Assembly: GCF_032854445.1 (NCBI RefSeq)
Contig: NC_088295.1
Coordinates: 32,018,510 to 32,082,509, forward strand
DNA from: Liolophura sinensis
Taxonomy: Eukaryota
Direction: 5' to 3'
DNA: 64,000 nt
Shown here: one piece after another, positions 53,081 to 64,000 of the stretch
How positions within the stretch are numbered: position 1 is the stretch's first letter
Layout of the letters: the number at the start of each line of letters is the position of its first letter
Program-made: the position numbers and the translations under genes
Notes under the pieces: generated by a model
The model's database searches: none
The model's input: only the letters and a program-made list of their open reading frames with translations
What the model was told of the DNA's origin: nothing

Positions 53081-53228
53081 TGATTTGTACTTTACGTCGA
53101 ACTCAGAATATTTTACTTATACGACAGTGGCCAGCATCATAGTGGGAGGAAACCGGGTAGACGCCCGGGAAATCCACGGCCATCCGCATGTTGCTGGTGA
53201 AACTTCCAACGTACGGCAGTGATCCGTA
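53081..53228 (-). mobile_element. SINE copy (partial)
   Basis: matches family consensus. Confidence 0.75.
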
Positions 53229-53321
53229 GGCGAGCGCCTAGACTACTTGACCAACAAAGGCATTGTCATTAATTGGAATTACACTTTAAGTTACCGTCAT
53301 AATATTTTCTTCTGGAACCAG

Positions 53322-53575
53322 GGGCCTCCGTGGCTCAGTCGGTTATCGCGCTAGCGCAGCGTAATGACCCAGAAGCATTTCACCAATGCAGTCGCTGTGA
53401 GTTCAAGTCCAGCTGACTTCCTCTTCGGTCGTAAGTGGGAAGATCTGCAGCAACCTGTGGATGGTCTTGGGATTCCCTCGGGCTCTGCCCGGTCTCCTCC
53501 CACCATAATGCCGTCAGCCGTGGTATAAGTGAAATATTCTTGAGTACGGCGTGAAACAACGATCAAATAAATCTC
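53322..53575 (+). mobile_element. full-length SINE copy, forward
   Basis: GGGGCCTCCGTGGCTCAGTCGGTTATCGCGCTAGCGCAGCGTAATGACCCAG... Confidence 0.9.
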
Positions 53576-53579
53576 CTGG

Positions 53580-53836
53580 GACGTGTAAGTATTGATTTTA
53601 TTTTGTTGATTTTATTTCATTGATTTTAATTATTTATTGATTTATTTATTTTATTTATTTGTTTATGTATTTATTTATTTATTGATTTATTTATTTGATT
53701 GGTGTTTTACGCCGTACTCAGGAATATTTCACTTATACCACGGCGGCCAGCATTATGGTGGGAGGAAACCGGGGAGAGCCCGGGGGAAACCCACGACCAT
53801 CCGCAGGCTGGTCAGAGACCTTCCCATTTACGGAGG
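53580..53836 (-). mobile_element. SINE copy (3' part) with expanded (TTTATTTA)n tail, tail-to-tail with the preceding copy
   Basis: matches family consensus. Confidence 0.8.
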
Positions 53837-54149
53837 AGGATTTCACTTTAATGCCACGTTTGTACCAAAAGTATGTGAATGAAGGATATAGAAACCTAAA
53901 GTAAGTCATTGTTTTTCAATTTTAATTATCCCACCTCAAATATTAATAAATGAGAAGCACTGGATGTACATTACTCCTTGAGAAAGTAGTAGTATTTGGG
54001 TCGCTTTCTTCAAGTCTATTTGATAAAGGTTTTGATTCAAGTCCCATATCATTGCCTAAGGGTCTAACTGATGTAAACATATATTCAGGATATAACTTGA
54101 AGTGAATCCACCCAACCAAATTGCTGTTAAAAATTTTTTTTATCTTGGT

Positions 54150-54420
54150 TTATCTATTTATTTATTGATGTATGTATTTGGTGTTTTACGCCGTCTCAAC
54201 AATATTTCACTTATACGACGATTGCCAGCATTATGGTGGGAGAAAAGCGGGAAGAGCTCAGGGGAAACCCACGATCATCCATCGTTGCTGGAACTTCCTA
54301 ATTACGGCCAGGGAGCAAGCCAGCATAAGCCGGACTTGAACTCACGGCGACTGCAATGGTGAAAGGCTCCTGGGTCATTACGCTGCGCTAGCGCGCTAAC
54401 CATCTGAGCCACGGAGCCCC
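54150..54420 (-). mobile_element. full-length SINE copy
   Basis: matches family consensus. Confidence 0.9.
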
Positions 54421-54734
54421 CAACAAATTTCACCTGAGTTCTGTAAAACTCAGGTGAAATTCATGTGCTGATTTTTTTTAAAGCTATGTGACATGTAAGA
54501 GATAAGCATGCATGATAAAATGCTTCTTCCTGTCTCCATTTGCCGGTATTAGGTTGAAGGATTCATTTCGATTTAGCATTTTGTGGGAGTTTCCCAGTAA
54601 GAAGATTCAAATTTATTTTCAACTGTTTCAGAATGCAAAAATAATAAAGTTTGAAACAAATGTAACACCAGCGAAATAAAACCAAATACAATGTCACAAT
54701 GCCCACAAGGTGTGTGAGTGATACTGCCGGGCTC

Positions 54735-54950
54735 ATACGCGCCAAGCACAAATCTAAAGAGCCAATGGGTTGCTGTGAGTTCAAGTGCAGCTCATGCTGG
54801 CTTGCTCTCCGGCCGTGCGTGGGAAGGCCGTGGGTTTCCACGTGCTCTGCTCGGTTTTCCTCCCACCATAATGCTGGCCACCGTGGTATAAGTGAAATAT
54901 TCTTGAGTACGGCGTAAAACATCAATCAAATAAATAAATCAAATCTAAAG
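54735..54950 (+). mobile_element. SINE copy, forward, 5' truncated
   Basis: matches family consensus. Confidence 0.8.
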
Positions 54951-55647
54951 AATCCGGATTTAGTTCTTGGTGAAGTCGCACCTAAGACAAAAAATAGGGA
55001 AGTTGCCGCTTCGTCGCTCACCATTATGGGAAAATAACAATGACTGCATGGTCACCGCGGTATAATGGACTGAGTGTCTTCCCCAATTCCTCACGCTGAG
55101 CCAGCACCTGACAAAAGAGAGGTGCAGTATATACAAATGACAGTACAAATCACAAATGACACTAGACATTTTCCGCTCTTGATTTTGAGGGTTTCATTTT
55201 AGTGGCTTAACATCGATCAGAATGCGTCTCCGGACATCTGGGTGCGAGGGGCTTCCGGGGCTAAGTCGGACCCGGGATCGTTTCCTAACAGTTGGCTGTG
55301 ATAGTTCATCCACTCTCCCCGCTCTCCCAACCCCAGGTCAAGACAGCTTCCGACGCCCATGTAATGTAGCATTAGAGCAGACAGGGTATAGTAAGCAGTA
55401 ATTTTCTGTTAATCAATGTGTCCTAAATTCAAACTTCCAAGCAATCCAAAACTCCATCTAAATGTATCAAATTTCCACAATTTTACCACCGTGTATCATA
55501 CACAGCACGCTCTGCTGTAAACGATATATATAGAGGAGACCGTCCATATACACAATTAAGCATTTAAGTGACTGAAAATATTAGAATACTTGTAATAACT
55601 TTATACTGCATGTAGGAAATTGCATGGAAAGCACGAAGTCCTGTAGC

Positions 55648-56688
55648 TTATGATCCGGAAGTACCACCAATGGACCAGTGCGCGGGATGGGAACCAGACT
55701 GTTCTTGAATGGTAGCTCGTTTTTCCTGAATACAACCACAGATCTTTCGATAAATCTGATGAAAAAGTTTCCTGGAACTGTTCCGGAACTCTCTGTTTCT
55801 TAAAGTAAATATCCAAGGGTTAACTGCATGAGGTACACCATACAGTGTATATGTCACTCTAAAAGCTGCAAGGATGTATTGGTCTGGAATTACATCGTAC
55901 ATTGCCAATAGGTGTGTAATTGCCAGAGGTACCCAAAAGATAACCATGGTGATGCAAATGGTTAAAAAAATTCGAACTGACTTGGAGAGTTTAGCAACTT
56001 TCTGATACTCTTGCATGTCTGATAATGACACAGACAGGGTACGATGAGTTACTTCATGTTTTCGGGCAATCCTTGAAATGAAGAGATAGGCAGAACAAAC
56101 CACTAGGACAACCGGTCCAAGTACGCACAGAAAGATTAAGTTAAAAAACAACATGCTCACTTGAGCACGGCCTTGGCAATACACCACTGTTCTGTGATGA
56201 TCTTTGCTTGTCACGCGGAAGACAGGAATAAAGCCAATCAACACGGCGACAGTCCAGATACATCCTATAGCCAGCAGAATCTTTCCCTTTGTCACAATCC
56301 ACTGGATATCTGAGAGGATATTTTAAAGCGATGAGACGGTCTAGTGTTGAAAACAGCACAGAAAAAGTAGACGCCATTGCTATCACGGTAGGGTAGCACA
56401 CAACCAATTCACAACCTGGAAGGTTATCATAAATCGCTGACCAAGTATGTCCTCCATAATACCGATCGTAAATAAAGCTGCTTGTATATCAGAAACCGCC
56501 ATGTTGATGGAGAATGCGTTCTGAGTATTCCTTACAGTCTTAAAGGAAGCAAAGGTCACAAGGACCAAAAGGTTGCCAAGTGTTGCTATTGCTCGAATTC
56601 CTATGGAAATGACTAAAAATGGATCTACACTGGAGGAGGTTACATTAAATGCATCGGAACTGTTAAACTCAGAATTGTTAAGATCCAT
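55648..56688 (-). pseudogene. full-length but frameshifted GPCR pseudogene, subtype II
   Basis: The coding region is spread over three overlapping frames. ORF 56383..56688 covers TM1-TM2 (MDLNNSEFNSSDAFNVTSS...ATLGNLLVLV...SINMAVSDIQ). ORF 56141..56407 covers TM3 (GCELVVCYPTVIAMASTFSVLFSTLDRLIALKYPLRYP). ORF 55648..56295 covers TM4 to the C-terminus (IVTKGKILLAIGCIWTVAVLIGFIPVF...IFWVPLAIT...HAVNPWIFTLRNREFRNSSRKLF). That implies at least two 1-nt frameshifts. One is a 7-nt-for-6-nt substitution just after LKYPLRYP. Confidence 0.7.
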
Positions 56689-58461
56689 TGAAGACTCTCG
56701 ACTTCTCTAACAAACCCACTGAGGTCTTGTATGCCTGAATCAGTGCGATCAAAATGTTTGTCCAAGCTCACCTGTTATGTTGGCATTTACGTGTTGTTAC
56801 GTATGAAATGCTTTTTCCAAACATTAAGAGTGTTTCAAAGCCAATTGCTATGTCAGCAGGTGGAGTACGTTAGCAACGATCGTCAAGGAAAAATCGAATA
56901 GATATAATTATCTATTCTGATGAAGCGGGACCCGGCTCAAGCCAATATTCTTATTCGTCATAAATTATCAGTGTAGGAAACGATCCACACTGAACACAAT
57001 GTACATGTATATACAGCAGGTTTTATGCCAGAGAGATTCAATCATAACACGCATTTTCTAAAAAGAGTCTTAATCACCATTGCATATAAAGCTTCTGACT
57101 TAGATTCTCCAAAGATATTCACCAACAATACGAAATAGCAGCTCTTCGTGTAGACATTCACCAGTCCGTAGAGGCTCCCTTGGGCCTCGATCGAGAATTC
57201 AAGGCAAGATCTGAGCTGTTGTGATGTTTGTCTCCAACTATTGGAAAAAATTGAAATAGAACTTTAAAATGAATCAAGGTTCTCAAATTTATAATAAGAA
57301 ATACTTTCATTTCTTTTTAAGAAAAGTTAAAATGCATCCAAATGTTGGAATTTTAAGATGGGCGCTATGGGCAGTATCCTGTACTGCCAATGTAAAGGAA
57401 GTATCGTCACATCAACTGTTTGTTCTCTACATTCATCTACAGGCCAAGTATTTTTGTGAACAGCTTAAGTAATCTTTTACACGTATGTTATAAGATGTAA
57501 TCCGACATTAAAAGCTGTGTGTACATCAAGAGTAGCTAGATATCGACTTTGTGCTTCATAACGCCCACCACAGGTTCAAGCATTCTCGTGTGAACAATAT
57601 AGGTAGTATAATTAAAGACGTATAGTATAAAGACGTACAAACCAGAGCAATGACGCCAGTGTGATAACTGGCATATGGTCTCATATAATCCTTGAAATAT
57701 AATCGCTTGCCAATTTACATCAGTCAGGGTTTTATTCTAACTGTTCAAATAGATGCATTAACAGTAACAAATTACACGTCCTCTATAGCACCATGACTTA
57801 TTCAGAATTGGTTACAGAATATGTAGTGGTATTCAGTGCAATTTATTATATATCACTTGTCTAGAATTACTCGAAATGCTGTGTCTCATCACATTTAGCA
57901 TACAATAACATTAAAGCAATACAAAGGGACCAGGTCTCGTGGATGCTTAATACACCAGTAGAATCCCTGTCGGTGCAGAAATACAACATAATTAAACACG
58001 TACTGCACAGAGAGCAGAGTCAATAGTTTGATAGCTGGAGAATGGTCCCACGCAATCGGTAAAAAACGGATTCTTGTCATTTTAGCTCAGTCAGGGTTTA
58101 ATGTCAACTCTATGAAAATGTATAAATAGTATTAAAATTATACGAGCTCTAGCACCAAGGTTTAAACAGAATTAGGTAAAAGTCAGTAGTGTTGATTGCA
58201 ATTTATTATACGTCACTCGTCTGGAATGGGCAGACTACTCCTATGCATAATTTAGGTGGAAATCCATTCTAATTGATCGACTTAAAACGCATGTATGAAA
58301 AGTCATGGAAAGAAACCGTCTGTGACTTATACTGGGAAAGTGCTACCAATGACTCACTACGCAGGACCAGAAAGAGCATGTTCTTGAACAGTAGCTCTCT
58401 TTCTCTGAATAATTATGTGTACCTTTCCATAAATCTGTTGAAAAAGTTTTATAGAAGGTTA

Positions 58462-58960
58462 TCAGAATTCTCTGTTTCTTAAAATGAATATCCAAATGTT
58501 ATTTGCGTGAGATATAGCATATAATGTATTCGTCAGTCTGAGAACGGTAAGGATGTGTCGGTGTAGAATGGCATAATACATTAATAAAAGGTATGCTATT
58601 GCCAGTGGTATCCAACAGATAGCAATGGTGACGCAGATGATTAAGAAGAGTCGAACCGACCGGGAAAGTTTTGCAACTTTCTGATACTCTTCCATGTTTG
58701 AGGTGGACATAGACAGTGTACGATGAGTTACTTTGTGTTTTCAAGCAATCCATGAAGTGTAGAGATATGCAAAACAAACTACTACAACTGGTCCAAGTAT
58801 ACCGATAACAGCAGCACGAATAGACAGCGTTATATGACAGTTGCATTGACAACAGACCATTGTCACAACAGGAATCAAACCAGTCAGCAGAGCGACAGTC
58901 CAGATGCATCCTATAGCAAGCAGAGTCTTACCCTTTGTCACAATCATTGGATAGCTGAGA
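58462..58960 (-). pseudogene. truncated, frameshifted GPCR pseudogene fragment, subtype II, TM4 to C-terminus
   Basis: ORF pieces MIVTKGKTLLAIGCIWTVALLTGLIPVV... and ...MSTSNMEEYQKVAKLSRSVRLFLIICVTIAICWIPLAIAYLL...ISHANNIWIFILRNREF are homologous to 55648..56300. NPxxY is degraded to NNIWIF. Homology to the N-terminal half ends near 58960. Confidence 0.7.
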
Positions 58961-59526
58961 GGATTTTTTAATTTCTGGCTAAACTCACCTTATTCATGGT
59001 GCAAATATGTTTATCTTTGAATTGTTTTGCCAGCAGGCTTAATACAGCTGTATTAAAGCGATATCGCTACACCATGAAGTGATATGATCTCCTCCTGATT
59101 CATTATTGTGAAATTATCAGTCTAGGGCATTTATCTACTGAACTGAAAAAATACAATCCATTTTATGCCGGAATTATGCACTAGCATTCAGTTCATGTGC
59201 CTGCTGGCATACGGACTATGTGGCAAGTCACTATGAAAACCCAATCTTCAAATGAGTCGTTCTCTTAGAACAATTTGTACTAAACAAATGTGTCCTCAGA
59301 TCCCAGTTTTGTCCAAAACACCCAGCCGTAAAGTGTCGCTCGATCCATTCGTGCCGCCTTACTACAGAAATGTCCAGAAATATATTTGAAGTGAAATAGC
59401 GTCATTGAATAAAATGTATACTGTACAAACCTGTACGTAAACTCAACACTTGAATCCACAAATTTCCTAATCTCCAGCCTAATCAAAACGATATTTATTC
59501 ATGCTTTGATTCATCTGTGCAGAACA

Positions 59527-59715
59527 GATCACACCAATGCGGTGGTTGGAGTTCGAGCCCAGCTTATGCTGGCTTACTGTACGGCTGTACGAGGGAAGGT
59601 CTTTTAGCAACCTGCGGATGGTTGTAAGTTTTTCCTGGACTCTGTCCGCTTTCCTCCCATCAATATGCTGGCATATATGTATGGCATAAAAATTAATCAA
59701 GTACACAAATAAATG
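59527..59715 (+). mobile_element. SINE copy, forward, diverged
   Basis: matches family consensus. Confidence 0.7.
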
Positions 59716-60469
59716 TTTGTGCCTTGTTTTGATGACTTCATATTTGCCCTATTGGTTCATAAAGCCATACTTAAGGAATTTCCAACTACACCCTGGATTT
59801 TATGGGTGGCGGAACCCAGAATGTCTGGGGGTAAACTACTTTGACAAATAAATACTTCCCCAACATGAAGTAAAACAACTACAGTAGCAAATATGTACTG
59901 CAGAGTTATATATACGTGGGATGAAACACCGTTGAATGTTATTTTCCGTTATGCATGCAACAATAAACTGTTAAAAATTATCACTTACTGGTCTAAAGAT
60001 TGGAGATAAAAGTTGTTCGGGAGAAATTTACCAGTCGCTAGATAATTTAATTGCTTTGATATTTCCTTTAATGCAATAGCACGTACAATCACAACATGTT
60101 TTCTGGTCAATCGTTCACACTGAAATAGTTTTGCCTCGGCACACAGTAAAACGTTTTACAACATTTTTCAACTGACTGTTAACATGAGCTGGAAACTCAT
60201 GTGTAACAATTAAGAAAGAAACACTTCCCTAGGTAAACAGTGATCCCAGAGTGTGGACACGAAGACTGTCCTCTCACTAGATAGCTTTTAGAAGTTTTAT
60301 CATACGCCATGTTACGCTCCCAGCAAGCAAACAGGTATAGAATTCTGAATTTTACTATGGCAACCCACAACTTCATAACAATGATGTAAGAAGAACTGGG
60401 ATGGAAAAAGGTATTCCTACTCATACTGGAGTAATTACTATTTCTCATGTGTCAGTTTGCGTAAAACTC

Positions 60470-61483
60470 TTACGATGAAATTGATTGGGAATTAGTTGGA
60501 TATACTTTTCTGTTAAACGACGGACAGTTTTTCTCAAGACAACAACGAACCTTCCCAAAAATCTCTTTTAGAAGTTTTCTGGTTGAGTCCCTGAAATCGG
60601 CATTCCGCAAAGTGTATATCCAAGGATTAAGTGCATGGGGCAAACGTGGACATACCGATGTGATTATGTACACAAGTCTGACATCCCATCCTTTCATGAC
60701 ATTCGGAATAAGAAAAACAATGGCCAGGGGCAGCCAACCGATCACCATTGTCGCACAGATAACTAAAAACAGCCGAACAGACCTGGAAAGTTGCGCGGTT
60801 TTCTGATACTGTGACGACGATAGGTTTATTTCTCCACCCACTGTGGTGCGGCGATTGTGCTCGTGTTTTCTGGCAATTCTTGAGATGTAAAAATACACGG
60901 AGCTGACGCTGACGGCAACGGGCAACACGATGCCCATCACAACAAAGCTGTAAAAAGATATGGTGATTTCGGCTCTCCCGTTACAAATGCTGATAACGTC
61001 AGAGTATCCTTTGCCTGTCGACAATCCATACAAAGGAGCAAAACCTATTATCAGCGATACTATCCAGATGAAAACAGCAGCTAATATAGCTTTCCTGTTT
61101 GTCACAAACTGAGGATACCTCAATGGGTATTTCACAGTGAACAATCGGTCAAGGCTGGAAAACAACACGGACAGCGTAGACGTTATTAAGAGTATGCTGG
61201 GATAACAAATGTATAAGTCACATCCCAGTATAGGTTTGCCTCGATTCACAAACTCCATGGGTTTGAAAGCTGAATGAACAAACCCGCCCGCCTGGATGTC
61301 TGAGAGGGCCATGTTGACAGAGAAGACGTTTTGCGGAGTTCTCAGGGTCTTCCACACTGCAAAGTTCACAAGAACTAGCAAGTTACCTAAGACGGTTAAA
61401 ACTTGTATAATGACGAAAACCGACATTGACGTAACATTGTTTGTGTCCGTTAAATTCCCGATATCCGAATCGTTAATGGTCAT
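60470..61483 (-). CDS. class A (rhodopsin-like) orphan GPCR, intronless, intact; 337 aa from Met61483. The upstream in-frame ATG at 61603 would give 377 aa.
   Basis: A single uninterrupted ORF. N-terminus has N-glyc sites (NDS, NLT, NVT). TM1 is VFVIIQVLTVLGNLLVLVNF (GN). TM2 is NVFSVNMALSDIQAGGF (LSD). The TM3 Cys is followed by SSLDRLFTVKYP (DRY-type DRL). TM4 has W (AAVFIWIVSL). TM5 has P (VVMGIVLPVAV). TM6 is ATMVIGWLPLAIVFL (WLP). TM7 is HALNPWIYTLRN (NPxxY). Cytoplasmic tail is FRDSTRKLLKEIFGKVRCC. There is no Asp at position 3.32, so it is not aminergic. Confidence 0.8.
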   Translation of the reverse strand: MTINDSDIGNLTDTNNVTSMSVFVIIQVLTVLGNLLVLVNFAVWKTLRTPQNVFSVNMALSDIQAGGFVHSAFKPMEFVNRGKPILGCDLYICYPSILLITSTLSVLFSSLDRLFTVKYPLRYPQFVTNRKAILAAVFIWIVSLIIGFAPLYGLSTGKGYSDVISICNGRAEITISFYSFVVMGIVLPVAVSVSSVYFYISRIARKHEHNRRTTVGGEINLSSSQYQKTAQLSRSVRLFLVICATMVIGWLPLAIVFLIPNVMKGWDVRLVYIITSVCPRLPHALNPWIYTLRNADFRDSTRKLLKEIFGKVRCCLEKNCPSFNRKVYPTNSQSISS

Positions 61484-62509
61484 AGTGCTCAAGAATTTGC
61501 CAAAAAGGAACGAATAACGGCTGCTAGATCTCAGCAGTTGTGATCCTTGTTTATCAGTCGTTACTTCTGAATGGCCATGCATATATATGTACAATATGTA
61601 CACCCAACTTCGTTTGACGTTTGAGTATACGTGATGAAAATCGCTGGCTTGATTCAGTAGATCTTCACATGAAATACTAAATCTTCGTGCAGAAATTCCG
61701 CAAGTCAGTTCTGGAAATTCTAGCTGTTGTTTCTAAAGATTTGCTAATCCTACCTTTACACTAACCATGAAAACTATAAAGAGCAGAACAAAATGAATAG
61801 CTTCCTAACAGTCTTGAGGTACGACATTGTGATATGTGAAACTCTGGTGCACGAAGGTCGTCAGTGGTAATACTACTATTTGTAAACTTCCACGGCAGCT
61901 AACCTGTGTTTGCTAAGCTTCTCTGCTCGTGTCAGGTACGTTTTCATATCAATAGGACTTACATGTCTAAATTGCTGAACGTATGGGATACAATATTTGT
62001 CCGTAACATCTCCTATATTGACAACACACTTTACAATTCAGCCGCTCAATGCTTAGAAATACACCTTTAATTTCAGAATGACATGGTTGCCACACGTGCA
62101 ACTGGAAAATCAGCATAACATGAAACAGCGGGTGATGGCCGGATAGTCCTTATCATCCCCTGCCATCCCCAAATGTCATTTAATGTAGGTGATTCATGCA
62201 TGAACGTTAGCTCAATGAGTGTAACTGTCAGCGCATATCCATTAGACAAAGTAAACGTGGTTTTCTGGTATAAGACTCAAGTGCCTTACAGAGCTGCTCC
62301 CTAATGCCACACTCCCGTTGAACTAATATTTTCTCATTGCAATATATGCCTGCAGCAGTGTACGGTACACAATATGTTTCCGTCATGTGTAGATTTTAAT
62401 GTGGTTAAAAAAACGTCTATGTGAATTTTTGCATCTTCTTGCAGTGATGAATATTATAAACTGTCTAAATTTAAAATTTATGGAATGAAAATGAAAATGA
62501 ATACCACCA

Positions 62510-62630
62510 GCCTGCGAACTGTCGTGGGTTTTCTCCCGGCTCTACCCGATTTTCTCATACCATGATGCTAGCTTCCCTCGTATATGGCGTAAAAGGCCAG
62601 TAAAATTAATAAATAAATAAACCATTACTG
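62510..62630 (+). mobile_element. SINE copy (3' half), forward
   Basis: matches family consensus. Confidence 0.7.
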
Positions 62631-62885
62631 AGTTGTGGAATGAGCCTGTGGGATGAGCCTGTAGAATTTTGTTCGAATCAGACTCTGCTTGTTTCGATCG
62701 CGGCTTTAAGTCAGTGGGTGTGCCAGGTACTTTTCTCCACCGGTTAGCCTAACTGTCGTCATATAGGCGAAAGTAGATGAGGAGAGAATTGGCAAACAGG
62801 TGATGTATCAAATAGGTCGAAAAATAATATTTTTTACAATTTTGAAACATATACTATACGAGTGTATATGTGTTTACAATAAACT

Positions 62886-62916
<31 letters not shown>

Positions 62917-62920
62917 GGGG

Positions 62921-63082
62921 TGCTCCGTGGCACAGTTGGTTAGCGCCCTAAAGCAGCGTAATGACCCATGAGCCTCTCACCAATGCGGTCGCTGCTGAGT
63001 CCAGACGTATGTGGGAAGGTCCTGCACCAACCTGCGGATGGTCGTGGGTTTCTCTGCCCGTTTTTTACCCACCATAATACAA
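62921..63082 (+). mobile_element. SINE copy (5' two-thirds), forward, preceded by (GT)n(G)n
   Basis: matches family consensus. Confidence 0.75.
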
Positions 63083-63582
63083 TAAACTGTCAATTTTGGT
63101 ACCGTTATAGATCCAAATGAAATTGCCCAAATATTCATATCGGTCAATTTGATGCAGTTTTGCACCCTTTCAAGTTCTGATTTAATTTAATTTATACTAA
63201 TGCCAAAACATGCATGCGTTACCAATGCATACACGTAAACGCCTACATATACAAAAAAGGACTTTTTCACACAGTATTAATAGATAAACCATTGCCACTG
63301 TAGCATTAAAACAGACAGTGTGTAGTAAACAGTAGTTTGTTGTTGATCAATGTTCAAAATTCAAATTTTCAAGAAGTCCAAACTTCCAACTAAATGTATC
63401 AGAACGCCACAAATTCACCACACTGTATCATACAAAACATGTTCTGCTGTAAACAATATAAGTAGAAGAGACCATCCATATACACAATTAAGCATTTAAG
63501 TGACTGAAAATACTAGAATATTTGATGTAATAACTTTATACTGCGTGTAAAAAATTGCATGGAAAGCATGAAGTCCTGTAGC

Positions 63583-64000
63583 TTATAATTGGGAAGTGCA
63601 GCCAATGGACCAGTGAGCAAAACCGGGACCAGACTGTTCTTGAACGGTAGCTTCCTGAATACAACCACAGACCCTTCGATAAATCTGAAGAAAAAGTTTC
63701 CTGGAAGTGTTCCGGAACTCTATGTTTCTTAAAATGAATATCCCAGGGTTAGTTGCGTGAAGTATGGCACACAGTGTATTTGTCACCCTGAAATTGCCAG
63801 AGATATCCAACAGATAACCATGGTGACGCAGATGATTAAAAATATTCGAATTCGATTTTGGAGAGTTTAGCAACTTTCTGATACTCTTTGCATGTCTGAG
63901 CATGAAATAGACAGGGTACGATGAGTTATTTCGTGTTTTCAGGCAATCCTTGAAATGGAGAGATATGCAAAGAAAACTACTAGGACAGTTGGTCCAAGTA
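63583..64000 (-). pseudogene. GPCR pseudogene, subtype II, with internal deletions; continues beyond window end
   Basis: C-terminal ORF ...TNTLCAILHATNPGIFILRNIEFRNTSRKLFLQIYRRVCGCIQE plus flanks align to 55330..56110. A segment equivalent to about 55860..55940 is missing, and upstream TM6 is out of frame. Confidence 0.65.

Noticed and set aside
1-64000. Prokaryotic-style features (operons, CRISPR array, defence island, integrons)
   Set aside because: The sequence is plainly eukaryotic: conserved metazoan genes split by GT-AG and AT-AC introns, tRNA-derived SINEs with poly(A) or TSDs, microsatellites. The tandem direct repeats are minisatellites without unique spacers.

Overview
This window reads as eukaryotic nuclear DNA from an AT-rich invertebrate metazoan, most likely a mollusc or other lophotrochozoan. 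The lineage guess is inference from the repeat content and from a perlwapin-like WAP gene. Nothing here resembles a prokaryotic, CRISPR or defence-island system. Genes are split by GT-AG introns, and two introns are U12-type AT-AC introns. The sequence is full of a tRNA-derived SINE family and of mini/microsatellites. Gene content from 5' to 3' follows. (1) A 22-exon gamma-tubulin complex component 2 (TUBGCP2) ortholog on the minus strand, about 1.6-21.6 kb. Its 3' end is cut off by the window start, and it contains the two AT-AC introns. (2) A 4-exon TMEM138 ortholog on the plus strand, 23.77-25.57 kb, arranged head-to-head with TUBGCP2 across a CpG-rich putative bidirectional promoter near 22.5 kb. 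(3) A 10-exon PRDM-family transcription factor on the plus strand, 29.5-37.5 kb, with a Pro/Ser/Thr/Gln-rich N-terminus, a zinc knuckle, a PR/SET domain and 7 C2H2 zinc fingers. (4) A 4-exon secreted WAP four-disulfide-core plus antistasin-like protein gene on the plus strand, 45.4-49.7 kb. (5) A tandem cluster of intronless class-A GPCR paralogs on the minus strand, 51-64 kb. One copy is intact and four are decayed (frameshifted, truncated, or with a damaged NPxxY motif). Two sequence subtypes alternate in the cluster, consistent with duplication of a roughly 8-9 kb two-gene unit. Coordinates were worked out by eye and may be off by 1-2 nt. Protein comparisons to human orthologs are from memory, not from a database search.
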